NCBI RefSeq assembly: GCF_009914755.1
Contig: NC_060936.1
Source of the DNA: the human T2T-CHM13v2.0 reference genome, Homo sapiens
Reading direction: 5' to 3' (one strand)
Length of the DNA: 64,000 nt
Shown: one piece after another, positions 14,566 through 28,100 of the stretch
Layout of the letters: each line of letters begins with the position of its first letter
How positions within the stretch are numbered: the first letter of the stretch is position 1
The notes under the pieces: generated by a model
Told to the model about the DNA's origin: nothing
Seen by the model: the letters and a program-made list of their open reading frames with translations, nothing else
The model's database searches: none
Program-made: the position numbers and the translations under genes

Positions 14566-17203
14566 AATAGCAACTGAATTGTTCCTTATAGAGACAGAGA
14601 GGGCAGCTGCCTAACAACACTCTGCAGCTGAGTTCTGTGTTGATACTGTGTGGTTTTTTTTTTCTCCTCTTTTTCTTAAAAACTGCACTGTGTGGATTTT
14701 GCTTTTTGCAACCATTGTTCCCTGCCTATGAAAAAGGTTTGGATATTCATGTTATTCTGTTTTGCCATAGTGAAGAACTCTGAGTATTGTAGATTCATTG
14801 TTGAGATTCTAGATGCAAAGCAAAACTGATTGACTTGGGAATTACCTACTGCTTCATATAAAAACCCTTTCCTCTGAAAAAAAAATTTACAGTGAGGTAT
14901 GTTTACAAAAGAGGAAGACAGCAAAAAAATTAGAATTAATTTTAAGGAAGTAGGTATCAACCAATTGACCTTGCTTGTGTGTTCAGGGCATGCAGTGGTA
15001 TTTGGAAGTCATAGTATTTATTTTTGCATTTCTGTCAGCCTGGAAAGTTGATGACTAAGGCCTTTCTAGTCACTCCTGTTCTTGGTTTCGTGAAAAGAAT
15101 GGTGCCTGTATTTTCATCCTCGAGACAGCAGGATAGCGTAGACATTGTGTGTCTCCACTGGAAGGAACAGAAAATAGGAAATTGGCAAAAGAAATGATTG
15201 AGAGCCTGTGTAGCAGAGGAGGAAGTAGGAGGCAAGCATTTGTGAGGAAGAGAAATCAAATGTACGATAAGAACATGGCTCAAAAGGGAAGCATATGGGA
15301 GTATTAATCAGAAACCAATAAAATTAGGCACATGAGTTCACCCACTCCAAACTGGGAGAAATATTTATAGTTTTTATTAATCACAGTAGTACTTAAAAAA
15401 ATTATCCTTCACACCAATGTCCGAGCTTATGGCCTTCTATTTTCCTTAGCTATGCAAAGTTGGCCCATCAATTGTATTTTCAAGCCCAAATACAATCTTT
15501 TTTTGAGGCAGAATATATAATTAAACAGCCCACTGGACAGTTGCATTTTTAGCAGTGTTTTTAAATAACAAGTCTAAGGCAAGACTTGGTGCACTATGGT
15601 TTATCCATGGGTCTCCACCACTGTTCTCTAGACTGCTATTTTTTTGGTAAGTTAAATGCCTGCATTCATGAGCTTGAATTTCATGTTCCTCTGTTATTAG
15701 GGTTAACTCATGACTGCTCCTCACACTGATTATTGATTGTAGAAATCTGTCTCCCAATCCCTGTGAGTATTGTAGCACTGCCATGTTGTTTATAGTCTTC
15801 TTTCCTGGATAGAGCAGTCCTTGAACCCCATCCGAAAGCTGAAGTCTGACTACTGTAAAGTGATCATGGCTGTGATGATTTCTGGATTCCCTGGACTATA
15901 GGCTACCACCCATCATTCACTCTCCATCCATTGAGCAAGGATCCTTGTTTATGGTGTGGATTCTTCCTAATTATTAGTAGTCATTGTCATATGTTTCCTA
16001 ATATTTAATCTGATTTGAATGCCTTACTTCTCTGTGCACCATTTAATGCCCTTCAATTTGTACCAGAATTGCCAGGCTACTAATTGTTTTCCTGTCATTC
16101 TTAGATTACAAGGAACTTCAGAGGCAAAACACTTAGATTATGTGGTATGAACATAGTTTTGTTTTGAATTTTAAGGCATACAAACATTATTTTTTAACAT
16201 TTAACAATTATTAAAATATAAAGTCTTTATAAACACTTCAAGGACTTCAAATTTTATATGCTAAGAAAGTATGATTTTAAAAAATCATGTCTACGGTTTT
16301 ATTTAGGTAGGGGGGTTGGGGTGGGGATGTGGGATGGTGCTGAGTAATACTTATTCATGAATTCCAGTGATGGAAATCTATCTTTGTTTTGAGGAAATTA
16401 TGCATTTTAGTTATATTTACAGTATTTCCTCATATGTTTATAATTCTGTCTACTTTTTCCATTCCACCCTCCAATCACGCACACTTTTGTGGTCTCTGAT
16501 TCTTCTAATTGAAGTAAATATAAAATTAATGCCTTAGTTACTGTCAACTTCTACACTCAGAGTGAAACGTGGTGTGAATGCACTGTGGGCCTCCCAAGTA
16601 TTCTGCTGTGTGCTCAAAATAAGGTAAAGGTAAATTATTAAGTGAGCTAGAAAAACTATCTTTTAATGAAGGATAAGCTAACATTAGAAGTATCTATTTA
16701 ATAACATGTTCAAACATTATTCTCAACCTACTTATATGTTGCTGGGCTTCTGTGTAAGCCACTGTAGTCTTTCTTCCAGGCTGAAAAAACGTAGGTTGTT
16801 GTTCCCCGAGTACTCTTGGTAATTTAAAATAGAACACAGAACTTGGTCAAACATTTCAGTCCTACATATATTGATAAAATGTTTGACTTCAATTATCTTT
16901 TATTTCATCAACGAGAATGAAGCACCTCATGAATCTTTTGTCTATTTTTCTGTGATTGTTTTATCTTCTAATTGTTTTATATGTGTTATATATTCTGTAT
17001 ATTCTGCATGTATTTCAGAAACCTTTCAGATTAAAGCCTTCGTTTTCATTTTCTACACAGTCTTTTTTGATATGTGATTATGAATTAGCTAAACTTATTA
17101 GCTATATTTCCATTGTGATTTTTTGTTTGTTTACTTTGTGGTTTTTTGTTTAGTACATGCTTCCCAACATCAAGGTCATAAAGATTCTATCCTAAATATC
17201 TCC

Positions 17204-17410
17204 CAGCACTGTTCGAAACATTTTTCTGCACTGGTAGAAATATTTTATATTTGACAATATCCAAAACAATAACTGCTAGCTATATGTAGCCATTGAACAC
17301 TGGAATTATGGATAGTGTGACTGAGTAGCCGAATTTTTAAATTTAATTTTAATTAACGTAGGTTTTAATTTGCATCATGTCGCTATGGACTACTGAATTG
17401 GATAATTCAG
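17204..17410 (+). mobile_element. MER3 hAT MITE inserted in L1M
   Basis: cagcactgttc...gctagctatatgtagccattgaacactgga...gtgactgagtagccgaatttttaaatttaattttaattaa. Confidence 0.85.
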
Positions 17411-17564
17411 CTCCAGCTTTGTTTTTTCATCTATGGTGATCCATCTGGTGTTCTTTTTTGTTTTTGTTTTTTCTGCATGGTGGGAGGGGAAAAGGTAGTG
17501 TCATATTTTCCCCTGTGGATGACCAGTTAGCCTAGAGCAATAAATAGCATTTCCCTACTGAATG

Positions 17565-17565
<1 letters not shown>

Positions 17566-17608
<43 letters not shown>
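17566..17608. repeat. (TG)21 microsatellite
   Basis: Read directly. Confidence 0.97.
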
Positions 17609-17609
<1 letters not shown>

Positions 17610-19252
17610 TGTATGTGCATATGTATATATTTTGGGACTTTTTATTCTGTTCCTTGTTAAATTCATCTGTCATGGCATTAGCATCTCTCATGGTCGAAAT
17701 CACCAAAGCTTTTTAATAAGCTTTCATCATTGTGCAAATCCCCCATATCCTCACCTTTATTCTACTTTAGAAATGACTTTGTCATTCTTGGCCATTTGAT
17801 CTTTCATATAAATTATAGATTAGGGCTTTCAAATAGAAAATCATAATAATAGGAGTTTTCTCTGCATTTAAATCAATACATCAATTTCAAATTTGGGGAG
17901 AATTGGCATTTTTATGGTATTGAAGCTTTCAATTCATGAGAATGGCCTATCTCCCTATTCTGGTCTTTTATGTCTTATGTTTTTAAAAGTTATTTTATCT
18001 ATATAAATTTGATATATTTTGTTATATTTTTAAGGAAAACCTATATATTGAGATACCATATATGTTGTCTTTTAAAAATTACATGTTCTGTATTTTGTGG
18101 CTAAATGCAATTTATTTTCATGTGATGATGTTTTATCTATCAAACTTGCTAGACTATCTAATTAATTCTGTTTTATTTGTAGATTTTCCACCCTATTCTG
18201 ATAGTTTATCTGTAATGTATGCAAAGAGAATTTTGTTTCTAACCTCTTACATTCCATTTCTATTGTTTTGTCTTACTATTTTGCGAAGGATGTTTAAGAA
18301 AATAACAGAGTCTTGTTTTGATCTCTTAAAGGGATAGCACTAAGTATGATGTTACAGATTTTGGTTGTTTTTTGTTTTTATTTGTGATTTATTATAGATT
18401 TCATTCATCAGATTAAGGAATTTTTCTTCTATTTTTAGGTTGGTAGGGTTTTGAGATTATTTTATAGTTTTTTTCTGTATTATATAAATGTAGTAAATTA
18501 CAGTAATAGAGTTTAAAATATTTATTTATTTATTGTTTTTTGACCCTCAAGTATTCAGAACTGGATTAGACTAATCATCATCTTTAGGTTGTGATATATT
18601 CCTGTCATAGATATCTCTGTCTTAATTAATTATTAATATAGTGAAAATCATTGAACCTACCAGCCAACTCAATAATTAAAATATTAACAAAACTCTAAAC
18701 TTACCTACATGAATCTCCATAGTCTCATTTTTTTTACTCATATCTCTTTTTTTGAGATAATCACCATTGTTAATTTTGTATTTGTCATTCATTTGCTCTC
18801 GTTTTTTTCTTTTAATAATAACTTACATATGAGCAGTTTTTAAAATAGTTCTCATACAATTCTTCATGTTCTCTAATTTATGTCTTCTTTTTGATAATCT
18901 TGCTACTTAATGGTGTTATGAGCCTGATTCTGTATCTGTTTTCTCCTGGTTTTGTTCATAGTGCTATATAAATGAGCATGACTTTGATCTTTATCATGTG
19001 GGAATTATTTGAAACTTGGATTAAGCTGAATTCCTAGTTGAGAAAGTTTGCTTTTCTCTTTGCTGGGGTCTGGGGCATCACACAACATTGTAAACTCCCA
19101 AACATTGTCAACATGTTTTGAATCACCTTTGTAATATAAAATTGGTAATATGAAATTGGAATAACTATTGGTCATTAATCTGCAGGTGATATTTTTTGTT
19201 CCCCACTATTAGCACCAAATTTAGAGGCAGACTTGTTTCTTTGCATTGTTAG

Positions 19253-19253
<1 letters not shown>

Positions 19254-19288
<35 letters not shown>
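19254..19288. repeat. (TG)17 microsatellite
   Basis: Read directly. Confidence 0.97.
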
Positions 19289-19289
<1 letters not shown>

Positions 19290-19934
19290 TATCTATATGT
19301 GTGTGTACTACTGCAAGCATATTTCTGGTATAGTGACAATGCAGTTTTATTGAGTGACAGCAGGGCATATCACCTTTTACACTTTCTACCTCCGTCTGGC
19401 CCTGGGCTTTGTGGCTTGTTACATGTACCCTTTTGGGTTGTAAAACCCCAAGTTCAAGTCCACCAGTGCATCAAATGTCCCAAGAGGATATCTGGAGCAA
19501 GTACTAGTCTTAGCCATCTGGTTTCCCCTTTCAGTTAGTTTTATTCTCTGGATATATTGTACTTTCTTGCTATTTGTTTTTCCTACTGTATGTACACTTT
19601 TTAGATGCTTTCAATGGAAGGATTTTTATATTACAAAGGACAGAGACTTGCACAAATTAACTCCAATAATGAACTCAGAAATTTGAAATATGGAGGAGTT
19701 TTCTGAAGCCTGATTTTATGAGGCCTTACAGGAATGATAATGCAGTGCTGATTTTCTTCATGGACTACCAATTTTCCATTCTGTTGCAATGCAAAATGAC
19801 CTCACACTTCTAGTGCCCAGCACAATTCAACTGATGCAGTCTCTCTGTGTATTAGTTCACATTCTTAACACAGAAAATAAAATTAAATTGGCTTAGCCTC
19901 AATTATAGATGGTAACAAGGGATACTATTTAAGA

Positions 19935-20203
19935 ATAGTATATATTACAATGGTTAAAGCTCAAGCTCTATAGCCAGACTGGCTGGGTTTGAATCTCAGA
20001 TTCAAATCTTCCTAGCTCTGTAATTTTGGGAAACTTCCTTAATGATTGTGTGACTCAATTTCTTCATCTGTGAATGAGAATGCTGGGTAATACTACCTAC
20101 CACATAGTTGTAGTGAGGAATAAATGAGTTACTACATGGGAAAAGTTGAAAATAAGAGTAACAATTTGGATATGGTAGCAACTCAAGAAATATTAGTTAT
20201 TTT
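19935..20203 (+). mobile_element. MIR SINE, near full length
   Basis: tggttaaagctcaagctctatagccagactggctgggtttgaatctcag...ctcaatttcttcatctgtgaatgagaat. Confidence 0.9.
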
Positions 20204-20909
20204 TCCCTTTCACTTTATTTGACCTGTGGTCTACTTAGCTGTGGCCTTGGGTAAGGATCGTGTGGTATAAGCATGTCTACCTAGGTATGTGCATTCAGCA
20301 CCATTGAGAAGCAAATTGAGGGAAAGGAAGACAATAGCAAATATGCCTAATACACATGGAGGAAATAAAAACAGAACAACTTGTCAGTTTGGGGAAAAAA
20401 TTACCATATAATTCCCTTTATATAAAAATACTTAAATGATAGAATTGTTACTTAAAGGAGCAGATTTTTTCCAAAAAGTTACATTGACTGAGTTATATTG
20501 TGTGTAACATCTAAAATTTTTGCTTTTCCAATATGTTCTATAGTTATTGCAAATTCATTGTCTATGAAACGCCATATTATGTGGGCAGAGCATAAAGGCA
20601 AAAAAGAATATATCAGTAGGTACAATTACAGATTATAAAAGTAAAATCATCATATTATAGAAAATAATCTTAATTTTTTTATGTAAATAATTCTAAGAAA
20701 ATGTTAAGCATTTTAAGGGATAATTTTTTATGTCCTCCTTTTAAGTCCCTGAGGTTTTTTGTTTGCTTTTGTTTTTTAAAGAGAAGAACTTATGACTTAA
20801 AAGCAGTTATCTGGACCCACCTTAATTCTCCACAAATGAGTATATCTAGTTATGTTCTGGGTTATTTCTAGGCCTCTGATAACTCAAAAATGTATAAATA
20901 AAACGACTA

Positions 20910-21135
20910 ATTATTTACAAATTTGTATGGTCCTTTACAATGAACCAGTGCTTTCATTGATTCATCTCATTAATCCAGTGAGGTGGACTAATGCTATAAT
21001 TCTCTCCATTTGACAGATGAGTACAACTGAGCCTCAGGCACTTTAAGTGACTCACTTGAAGTCACATAGTAAATACAGTAGATCCTGACTCAAACACAGG
21101 AGTGCTGATCTAAGCTCAAAATTCTTCCCACATTT
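20910..21135 (-). mobile_element. MIR SINE
   Basis: ccatttgacagatgagtacaactgagcctcagg...aagtgactcacttgaagtcacatag. Confidence 0.85.
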
Positions 21136-22439
21136 GCCAGCCACCCATCCTGGCACAGAAATGAACATATGACTATCATCATATTAAAATACAGGCCTGA
21201 GCTCAGAGTAACTCTAAGATGCAGATTTCTACTCATTTTTCCTTTGATTATTTAGCTTTTGGACTGTCAGGCTCACAGCAGATGACAAATTGGTCAGATT
21301 GTGTAAGAGGGAAAGCAAGTCTGGTAAAAACATATAGATTGTGACCAGGACAGTTTTAATTTTTTGCCACTGAGTAAAATAGATGTAAACTTTTCAACAG
21401 AATATATTGCATGTGGGAGTTCAAAATTTAGCAACAAGAGACATTTGTAAATATTTGTGAATATTATTTGACATAGTTTTTTTCCTAGTCTCCAGAACAT
21501 GGAGAGAGGTTGTTAAAAGTACTCGACCTTTAAATGCAGTGTGTTTAAATTAATTCTTGTTATTACTTCAGTTTCACAGTTGAGTTGTCTTGTAAATAAA
21601 ACTTTTCCCTCATTAGAAATGAAGCCAATCTTGCAGTTCCCCACAGGACTCATATCACTTACAATGTGCTACGCTTTATACATTGACCTGGAACCCAAGA
21701 GAGTTTATGCACAATTGGTGAATTAAGCCAGAAATAATTTCCTGTGGCATTATGTCACATCCTCAATGATGAAAAAAATCCATTAATTTTTTTGCACTTA
21801 TTTAGAAAAAGTAAATGAATTATTTCATAAGTACATAAAGTTTGATAGACCAGTATTTGCATTTCTTGTGCTGTATAAAGTATACATCAATTTCTTATGT
21901 AAATAAGGTTATCATACGGTTATCTATATATGTGTGTGTATGTACTTGTCTTTTGATTTTTATTTATTAGTCTTTTCCTGTCTGCTATTTGTTATTAATT
22001 TTGCTAAAAACAGGCTTTAGCCTGCTGAGGAAAGATTTTTTACTGTTAAATAATGACATCCTTTTGCCCACAAAGCTTCAGAGGAAGACAAATGAAATGT
22101 GGAAATTTTCTCTGGATAAATCCATCATATTTACTCAGTTCCCATTCTTTTTTATACATTTGACTATCTATCTTTCTCCTTTGTCTCCTTCACAGATTCA
22201 TGTTTTTCTTTCTATTACCCAACACTATTATTGAAACCCCTTCTTTTTCCCTTTCTTACTCATTTTTTTCAGTGACAAGTCTCTTCAGTTTCAGCTCAGG
22301 CCTTCTAAGCTGATGATTTCTAGGCCTACAACTTGTTGCCCTAACTCATCTCTTTACCAGCAGTCCTGTGTGACCATTGTCTATACTATACTATATATAG
22401 ACTATATAAATATATATATATATTTTATTCAGTGTACCA

Positions 22440-23280
22440 GTTTTACAAACTTATTAATTAATATCCACCCAATCTTCCATGTTGGAAACACTAGGGTCAT
22501 TCTTGACATTTCTTACTATCACATGTAAATTTTCACTAAACCCTTAAGACTCTGGGTATCTCCTTGAATCCAACATCTTTCCACTGTTGTTGCCACTACT
22601 TTAGGTGAGATCTTTAATATTGTCCACCTGAACTATTCCATAGCTCCTCTCTTTACTTTTTTATAATTCTTCACATTGACCTCAAAGCAGTTTTACTAAA
22701 AGACAAATTTAATCTTATTCCTCCCATGCTTAAAACCCCATATTGACCTCTATTTGTTGTTTTCATCCTTAGCTCTTTTAAAGTCTTAAATTATCTTGCA
22801 TCTTACACTATCATATATTTTTAGTGTAAATTTTTGTCCCTTCTGAACACTCACTCAGTTCCTTAGGGCAATCATGTACTAGCCTCCATCAAGAATTATG
22901 TCTTTGAATACTCTGTTCTTTATATCTGAAATGATTTATCCAATCTTCTTCTCTAAGTTCTTGACTTTCATGACTCAATTCAATTGTCCCTTTCTGTAGG
23001 AAATTACGCCGGAGTCCCATAGGAATAATTCATTGCTTTCATAGAGCCGTAAACAAACCCTCTGGTAGCTTTTAGCACATTTGAATACAATTATATACTT
23101 ATATGTCTGCCTCCCCTGCTATGTGGTGAGGGAAAAAACACATCATATTCTTTGTGTGTGTGTAAGTGTGCGTGTGTGTGTGCATGTGCGTGTGTGTGTG
23201 CGCGTATTTTGTCCAGTACCTAGTTCAGGGCCTGGCATATGAAAGGTTCTTAATTACTGACTAAATAAGTGAATCAATTA
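22440..23280 (+). mobile_element. L2 3' region
   Basis: gaaacactagggtcattcttgac, tccacctgaactatt, aaatttaatcttattcctcccatgcttaaaacccc, end cagtacctagttcagggcctggcatatg...taaataagtgaatcaat. Confidence 0.75.
23153..23206. repeat. (TG)/(CG) alternating purine-pyrimidine tract
   Basis: tgtgtgtgtgtaagtgtgcgtgtgtgtgtgcatgtgcgtgtgtgtgtgcgcgta. Confidence 0.85.
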
Positions 23281-23424
23281 ATTAATGGCCCATCTAGCCT
23301 TTGAATTGAATTTTCCAATCCTTAGGATATAGCTAGAAATAATCCCTTAAGACTACATTAGATTCTCAAAAGACTTTTTAAAATCTTCATTTACATTGCT
23401 TGGAGGTCAGTTTGTCTGTCCATT

Positions 23425-23803
23425 TATCTGGTCGGCGTGGGCTGCTATAATGAAATAATGTAAACTGGGGAGGTTACACAAGAGACAGTTACTGCTAACA
23501 ATTCTGGGATTGGAAAGTTCAAGATCAAGGTGCTAGCCAATTCAGTTCCTGGTGAGGGCCCTTTTGTTCTGACGTAGAGATGGCCATCTTCTTGCTGTCC
23601 TCACATCATAGGCCTGGGAGAAGCCAGCAAGTTCTCTGATCTCTTCTTATAAGGACATTAATCTCATTATGAAGACCCCTCTCATCACAACCTCATCTAA
23701 ACCTAATCCCCTTCCAAAGGCCCCACCTTCTAATACAATCACATTGGGAATTAGGCCTTAAAAATATGAATTTTGGGGGAACACACACATTCAGTCCATA
23801 AAA
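23425..23803 (-). mobile_element. MLT1A0/MLT1A solo LTR
   Basis: gggctgctataa...aagttcaagatcaaggtgctagccaattcagttcctggtgagggccc...ccaaaggccccaccttctaatacaatcacattggg...cattcagtccata. Confidence 0.9.
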
Positions 23804-24449
23804 TTATTCATCCAACTGTATCTATCTGTCTCAATTTCTGCCATATACAGTGGTAGAACAGTACTTGGAGAATCCAGGAATCATTCAATGTTTTCTCAAA
23901 TAATTATAATAAAATCTTCTATTCAGAAGCTATGTGCCTATTAAAATGATACTGTCTTCTCATATTTGTTTAGCTATTATGTTATAACCAGTATCCATAT
24001 ATACATGTTGTACATTAAACTATTAAAATTATCTACTAATAAGTAATAAAATGAACGAAAATAAACTCTTTTACAAGCAGCATTTAAATGGAAGTGGTAG
24101 ACTCTATTATAAGCCATTGCTATAAAAGCCTTCCACTATAAAGCACTTAAGAGGATGTGCCTAATAGGAATTCTTATCCTTCAGATTTTATTGTCATTGC
24201 CACATATGCTGTATGACTTTCTGTGTCTAAACATTTGATTTCCCAATTTAGTATACTTTTTTTTTCACTGTGGGTACCTATTGATATTTAGCCTGTCCTT
24301 GAAGAAGGACAACTCAGAGTCCACCCTTTCTAATGATGCTATCATGATGACTCCAGCTGGAAGAATCTGTTTTCTCTTTTGAATTTTTTCTCACTGATAG
24401 AAACATGCTTCTGGAACTCATTGTGTATTATCTTGCCCTTTAAATTTTG

Positions 24450-24570
24450 TATTCATTGCATGTAAACTTTTTGAAGAAAGACACCATTTTTAAATCTTTG
24501 TATTCTATGCAGTAGGTACAAATTGTCTTATACATAGTAGTCACAAGTCAACAATTATTGAAACGAAGAA
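24450..24570 (+). mobile_element. L2 3' end fragment
   Basis: tgtaaactttttgaagaaagacaccatttttaaatctttgtattct...acatagtagtcac. Confidence 0.55.
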
Positions 24571-24864
24571 CAAAGGAGTGAGAACTGGATTGGCATTGTG
24601 GTAATTGCGATACACCCTGACTCTCCTTCTTTCTTTCTGAATACACCACTGAAAATTCGGCAGAATGATGGCTCTCTGTTGTGGTCACTTTCCTTGGTGT
24701 GGTATGTTTTCTCTTTGGGAAGTTTATAGTCTCATCTTGAGCATTATTACAGCTTAACATTAAGTTGCATATATTGGTTCACTTGTGGAATACTCTTAAA
24801 ATATGAACAGATTTCCTGTCTTTCATGGGACAAAATGTAATCCAGTACATTTTGCAAATGGTAG

Positions 24865-25078
24865 TAGTTAGACACAGTTGGAAGATCATGCTTTAGAAGC
24901 ACTGGCTATTTACCAGTGGTGTGAAAATTGACAGCTTAATAAACCTCTTTGAGGCTGTTTCCTCATCAGTAAAATGTGTCTGGTGAAATATCTTTCATCA
25001 GGGTTGTTACAAGTATTGAATGAAACACATACAGAAATTACTTGGCTCATCCTCAGAGTGCTCAAAACAAGTCAGCTT
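24865..25078 (+). mobile_element. MIR SINE
   Basis: aaacctctttgaggctgtttcctcatcagtaaaatg...cagggttgttacaagtattgaatgaaac. Confidence 0.75.
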
Positions 25079-26053
25079 TCTTCTTCCAACTAATGGCTAT
25101 GAACTAAACAAGATGATTTGTATTTAGCACAGAGTCAAATTGCACTATGAGAAAACCTATCGTAGTAGCTCTGAGACTTCAAATTTTGAAAATTATTATG
25201 TCAATGGAATATATATGCATCAAATTTCTAATAGAGTTTTTTTACACAATAACTATTTCATAATAAGTTTGTAGAGTTTAATCTTTCCAGGTGCTAAGGT
25301 GTAAGCTAATTCCTTGATAAGATTAAATGATTAAAATCAGTGGTTTCATGGTATTCACAAGGAGAAGGCCTTCAATTTGCTTTTTGTCAAATTGCATATT
25401 TAGAAACATAAAATACATTAGATTTGTTTCAAGGACAAGTAACTGAAAAATTTGCTGCATATGTATTGTATTCTTTTTCAAAGGGGATATTTATAGCTAC
25501 ATATTAACCTCTTAGGTAGTCTTAGCTTATTTTTGGCTAAAATTCAAAATTAGAAATGTTTTAGAATAGTTACGGTGGCAAGGGTGAGGTAGAGATTGAT
25601 GGAAATGTGCTTTCAAGCTGCATCAATTTGGTATCCTGAAGAGTTTTACATATACTACAAGGTTCTTTCTCCAACTGTTACTAATAAATGGATTTATTTT
25701 CTTTCTGAATTGGAGCTCATAGCTCAGGCAAAGACATTGGGTCTTCTGCTGCTAGAATAGGCCTTTGGGAAGAAAATAGTTTCCCTTCTGTACTTTCGCT
25801 TGTAGCAGAATTCAAGTCAGTTATCTACAGAAGACAAACCTCAAACATTCTGGGACATCAAACTTGGAACAGATGGAGATATCTGCTAGGAAAAGAGCAT
25901 TGGTACTGGACTCAACAAGGCCTAGTAATGCACTATTATGTTTATATAGCCTCCAGGAAATATTATGGTTCATGTTGTCTGTTAGCTATTATTATATATA
26001 CTTGCCTCATCAGTCCATTTATAACGCATTGAGTATACAACTTGGTTTTGTAA

Positions 26054-26318
26054 ATTTTTATTTCATTTTAAGTTCCAGGGTACATGTGCAGGATGTGCAA
26101 ATTTGTTACATAGGTAAACATGTGCCATGGTGGTTTGCTGCACAGATGAACCCATTACCAATAGTCCAGCATGTATTGGATATTTTTCCTGATGTTCTTT
26201 CCCACCCTGGCCCCAGTGTGTATTGTTCCCCTCCTTATGTCCATGTGTTCTCATTGTTCAGCTCCCACTTGTAAGTGAGAACATGCAGTCTTTGGTTTTC
26301 TGTTCCTGCGTTAGTTTG
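26054..26318 (-). mobile_element. 5'-truncated L1PA 3' end (L1PA8-10-like), inserted in an L2 relic
   Basis: ttttaagttccagggtacatgtgcaggatgtgc...gttcagctcccacttgtaagtgagaacatgcag...ttcctgcgttagtttg. Confidence 0.92.
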
Positions 26319-26874
26319 AGAGCCCTACTTGTTTAAAGCACCGTTCCATGTAGAGATGGTTGGGAAAGTAAATATAAAAGCATGGTTCATGCCCATAAGT
26401 AGCTTAAATTAGTGTGTGTGTATTTGTGTGTATGTTTGTTTGTGTGTGGGAAGTGGGGTGGGAAGAAATAAATAAGCAAATAAATTACTATAAGACAGAG
26501 TATAAAAACCCTAAGACAGTAGAATCAAAGATGAGAATTTGTTTGTCCTGAGAAGTGAGAGGTCACATTTTTATGGGAAGATGTCAATTAGAAGACATCT
26601 TTACATCTATAGCTTAAAAGTAGACGGAATGAGTAAAAGACATGCTAGCAGAGGGAAGATGGAACAGAAAGGAAAGGGTAGAATTAATTTAACTTCATTG
26701 TATACAATGTAAATAGGAATAAAGAAGATTAAACTTAAATGCTAGAATTTCATCTGCTTTGACTTTTATGCACTTTTAACAAAGTATGATTTTAGATTTG
26801 TTACTTAAAGTGGTGGAAAAGAAAGGGAATTGAAAGTTTCTAACCTTGATTTTCTTTAGATTTTTAAAACTTGT

Positions 26875-27235
26875 CTGTGTTTCTCAACCTCAGCACTATT
26901 AATATTTCAGATGGGATAATTCCTTTTATGGGGGAGGTTTAGCCCCATCCCTGGCATCTACCCAGTTCTGGGACTAGGGTTGGGTAAGGGAGGCAGCTGG
27001 GGCACAATATTTAAGGAGGCATTCATTCTTTGGGGCTCATAAATTTTAATCCTGTACTTGCACAACCCTGAATTCCTCCTTAAATCTTGAGCCCTGGGCA
27101 CCTTCTGTGCCTTGCCCTAGTCCTGACACTACCTCTGTCCTCTAGAAGCCAGTGGCACACTCCCAGTTGTGAAAGCCACATGTTTCCAAGCATTGCCAAA
27201 TATCCTCTGAGGAACAGTATCACCCCCGGTTAAGG
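26875..27235 (-). mobile_element. MER20 hAT-Charlie element split by MER96
   Basis: tttctcaacctcagcactattaatatttcagatgggataattc...catccctggcatctacc / ctagaagccagtggcacactcccagttgtga...cattgccaaatatcctctg...cccccggtt. Confidence 0.85.
26963..27131. mobile_element. MER96-like palindromic hAT-Tip100 MITE
   Basis: Inverted arms ggactaggg/ccctagtcc and atttaaggagg/cctccttaaat; 8-bp TSD catctacc / cctctgtc. Confidence 0.85.
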
Positions 27236-28100
27236 TGAAATGCAATCCAACTGGAATAACTTAGCATATTTTTTTATTTGTAAAATGCCAAAAGGAGCAG
27301 CCAGCAGTGTGGCCTTTTTTGTATTCAAAGTAGCAATTAAATACAGGTGTACTTTGGGCAGTGTATGAGTGGCTGAGACACACTTGGGGAAGAAGGGATT
27401 GAAGAGAGCTATGGAAAGAAACTGTTGTGAATTAATGGGCTGATGAGTGTTGCGTTAGGGAGAATTGAGGATTGTGTGAAAGTTACCAAAAGGTGAGGTA
27501 TCTATTCTGCTCTTAATAATATACCCGACTTCCAGGCCTTGGTTGCATTGAAGAATAATAATTCTGATGTTCATCCGGGGGTGGATATGACAAGATTTTG
27601 AGTTACATTTTTCTGATCCTTGTAAAAATTCTTCAAAAATCTGCCATGTGCTTGTACTTTATTTTCTTTACATTATACAAAGTTAGGCAGTCTTTTTGGT
27701 TAAGGTTCCTTTGTACTATTTGTATTTGCTAATATCAGTTCTACCCAACCCTACTCTATTCTATTTTCTTGGGTTTTGAGGGAAGCTATGATACTTCAGA
27801 AACTGCAATTTGTGCATTATGGCTGCCAAAGTAACAGATACATCAGATACTAATGGACTACTAATCATATCAGTTCATATGAGATCACAAAGCCACATTG
27901 TATTGTATGTAGTCTACAGTTTAAATAAGAGAGATATTGTTACTTAACATTTAGCAGTAGAGTTCAATCCCTACAGTTCCAGGTGTTTCACATTCGGTGA
28001 TGTGACACCTAGTGTGGTGCTTCATTTTTTTGCCACACTTACTACAAAAGTTGATAAATAATAATAATGACAAATTAAATCATTCAGCTTCATAGCTCAC

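Larger units (their letters stand above)
17050..18540 (-). mobile_element. Old L1M (ORF2 region), degraded
   Basis: T-rich antisense L1 motifs: caaggtcataaagatt, ttcttggccatttgatctttcatataaatt, tttggggagaattggcatttttatggtattga, cagattaaggaattttcttctatt. Confidence 0.75.

Noticed and set aside
10497-16059. Exact 16-mer taatgcccttcaattt at 10497-10512 and 16044-16059
   Set aside because: About one such match is expected by chance in 64 kb, and the flanks do not extend
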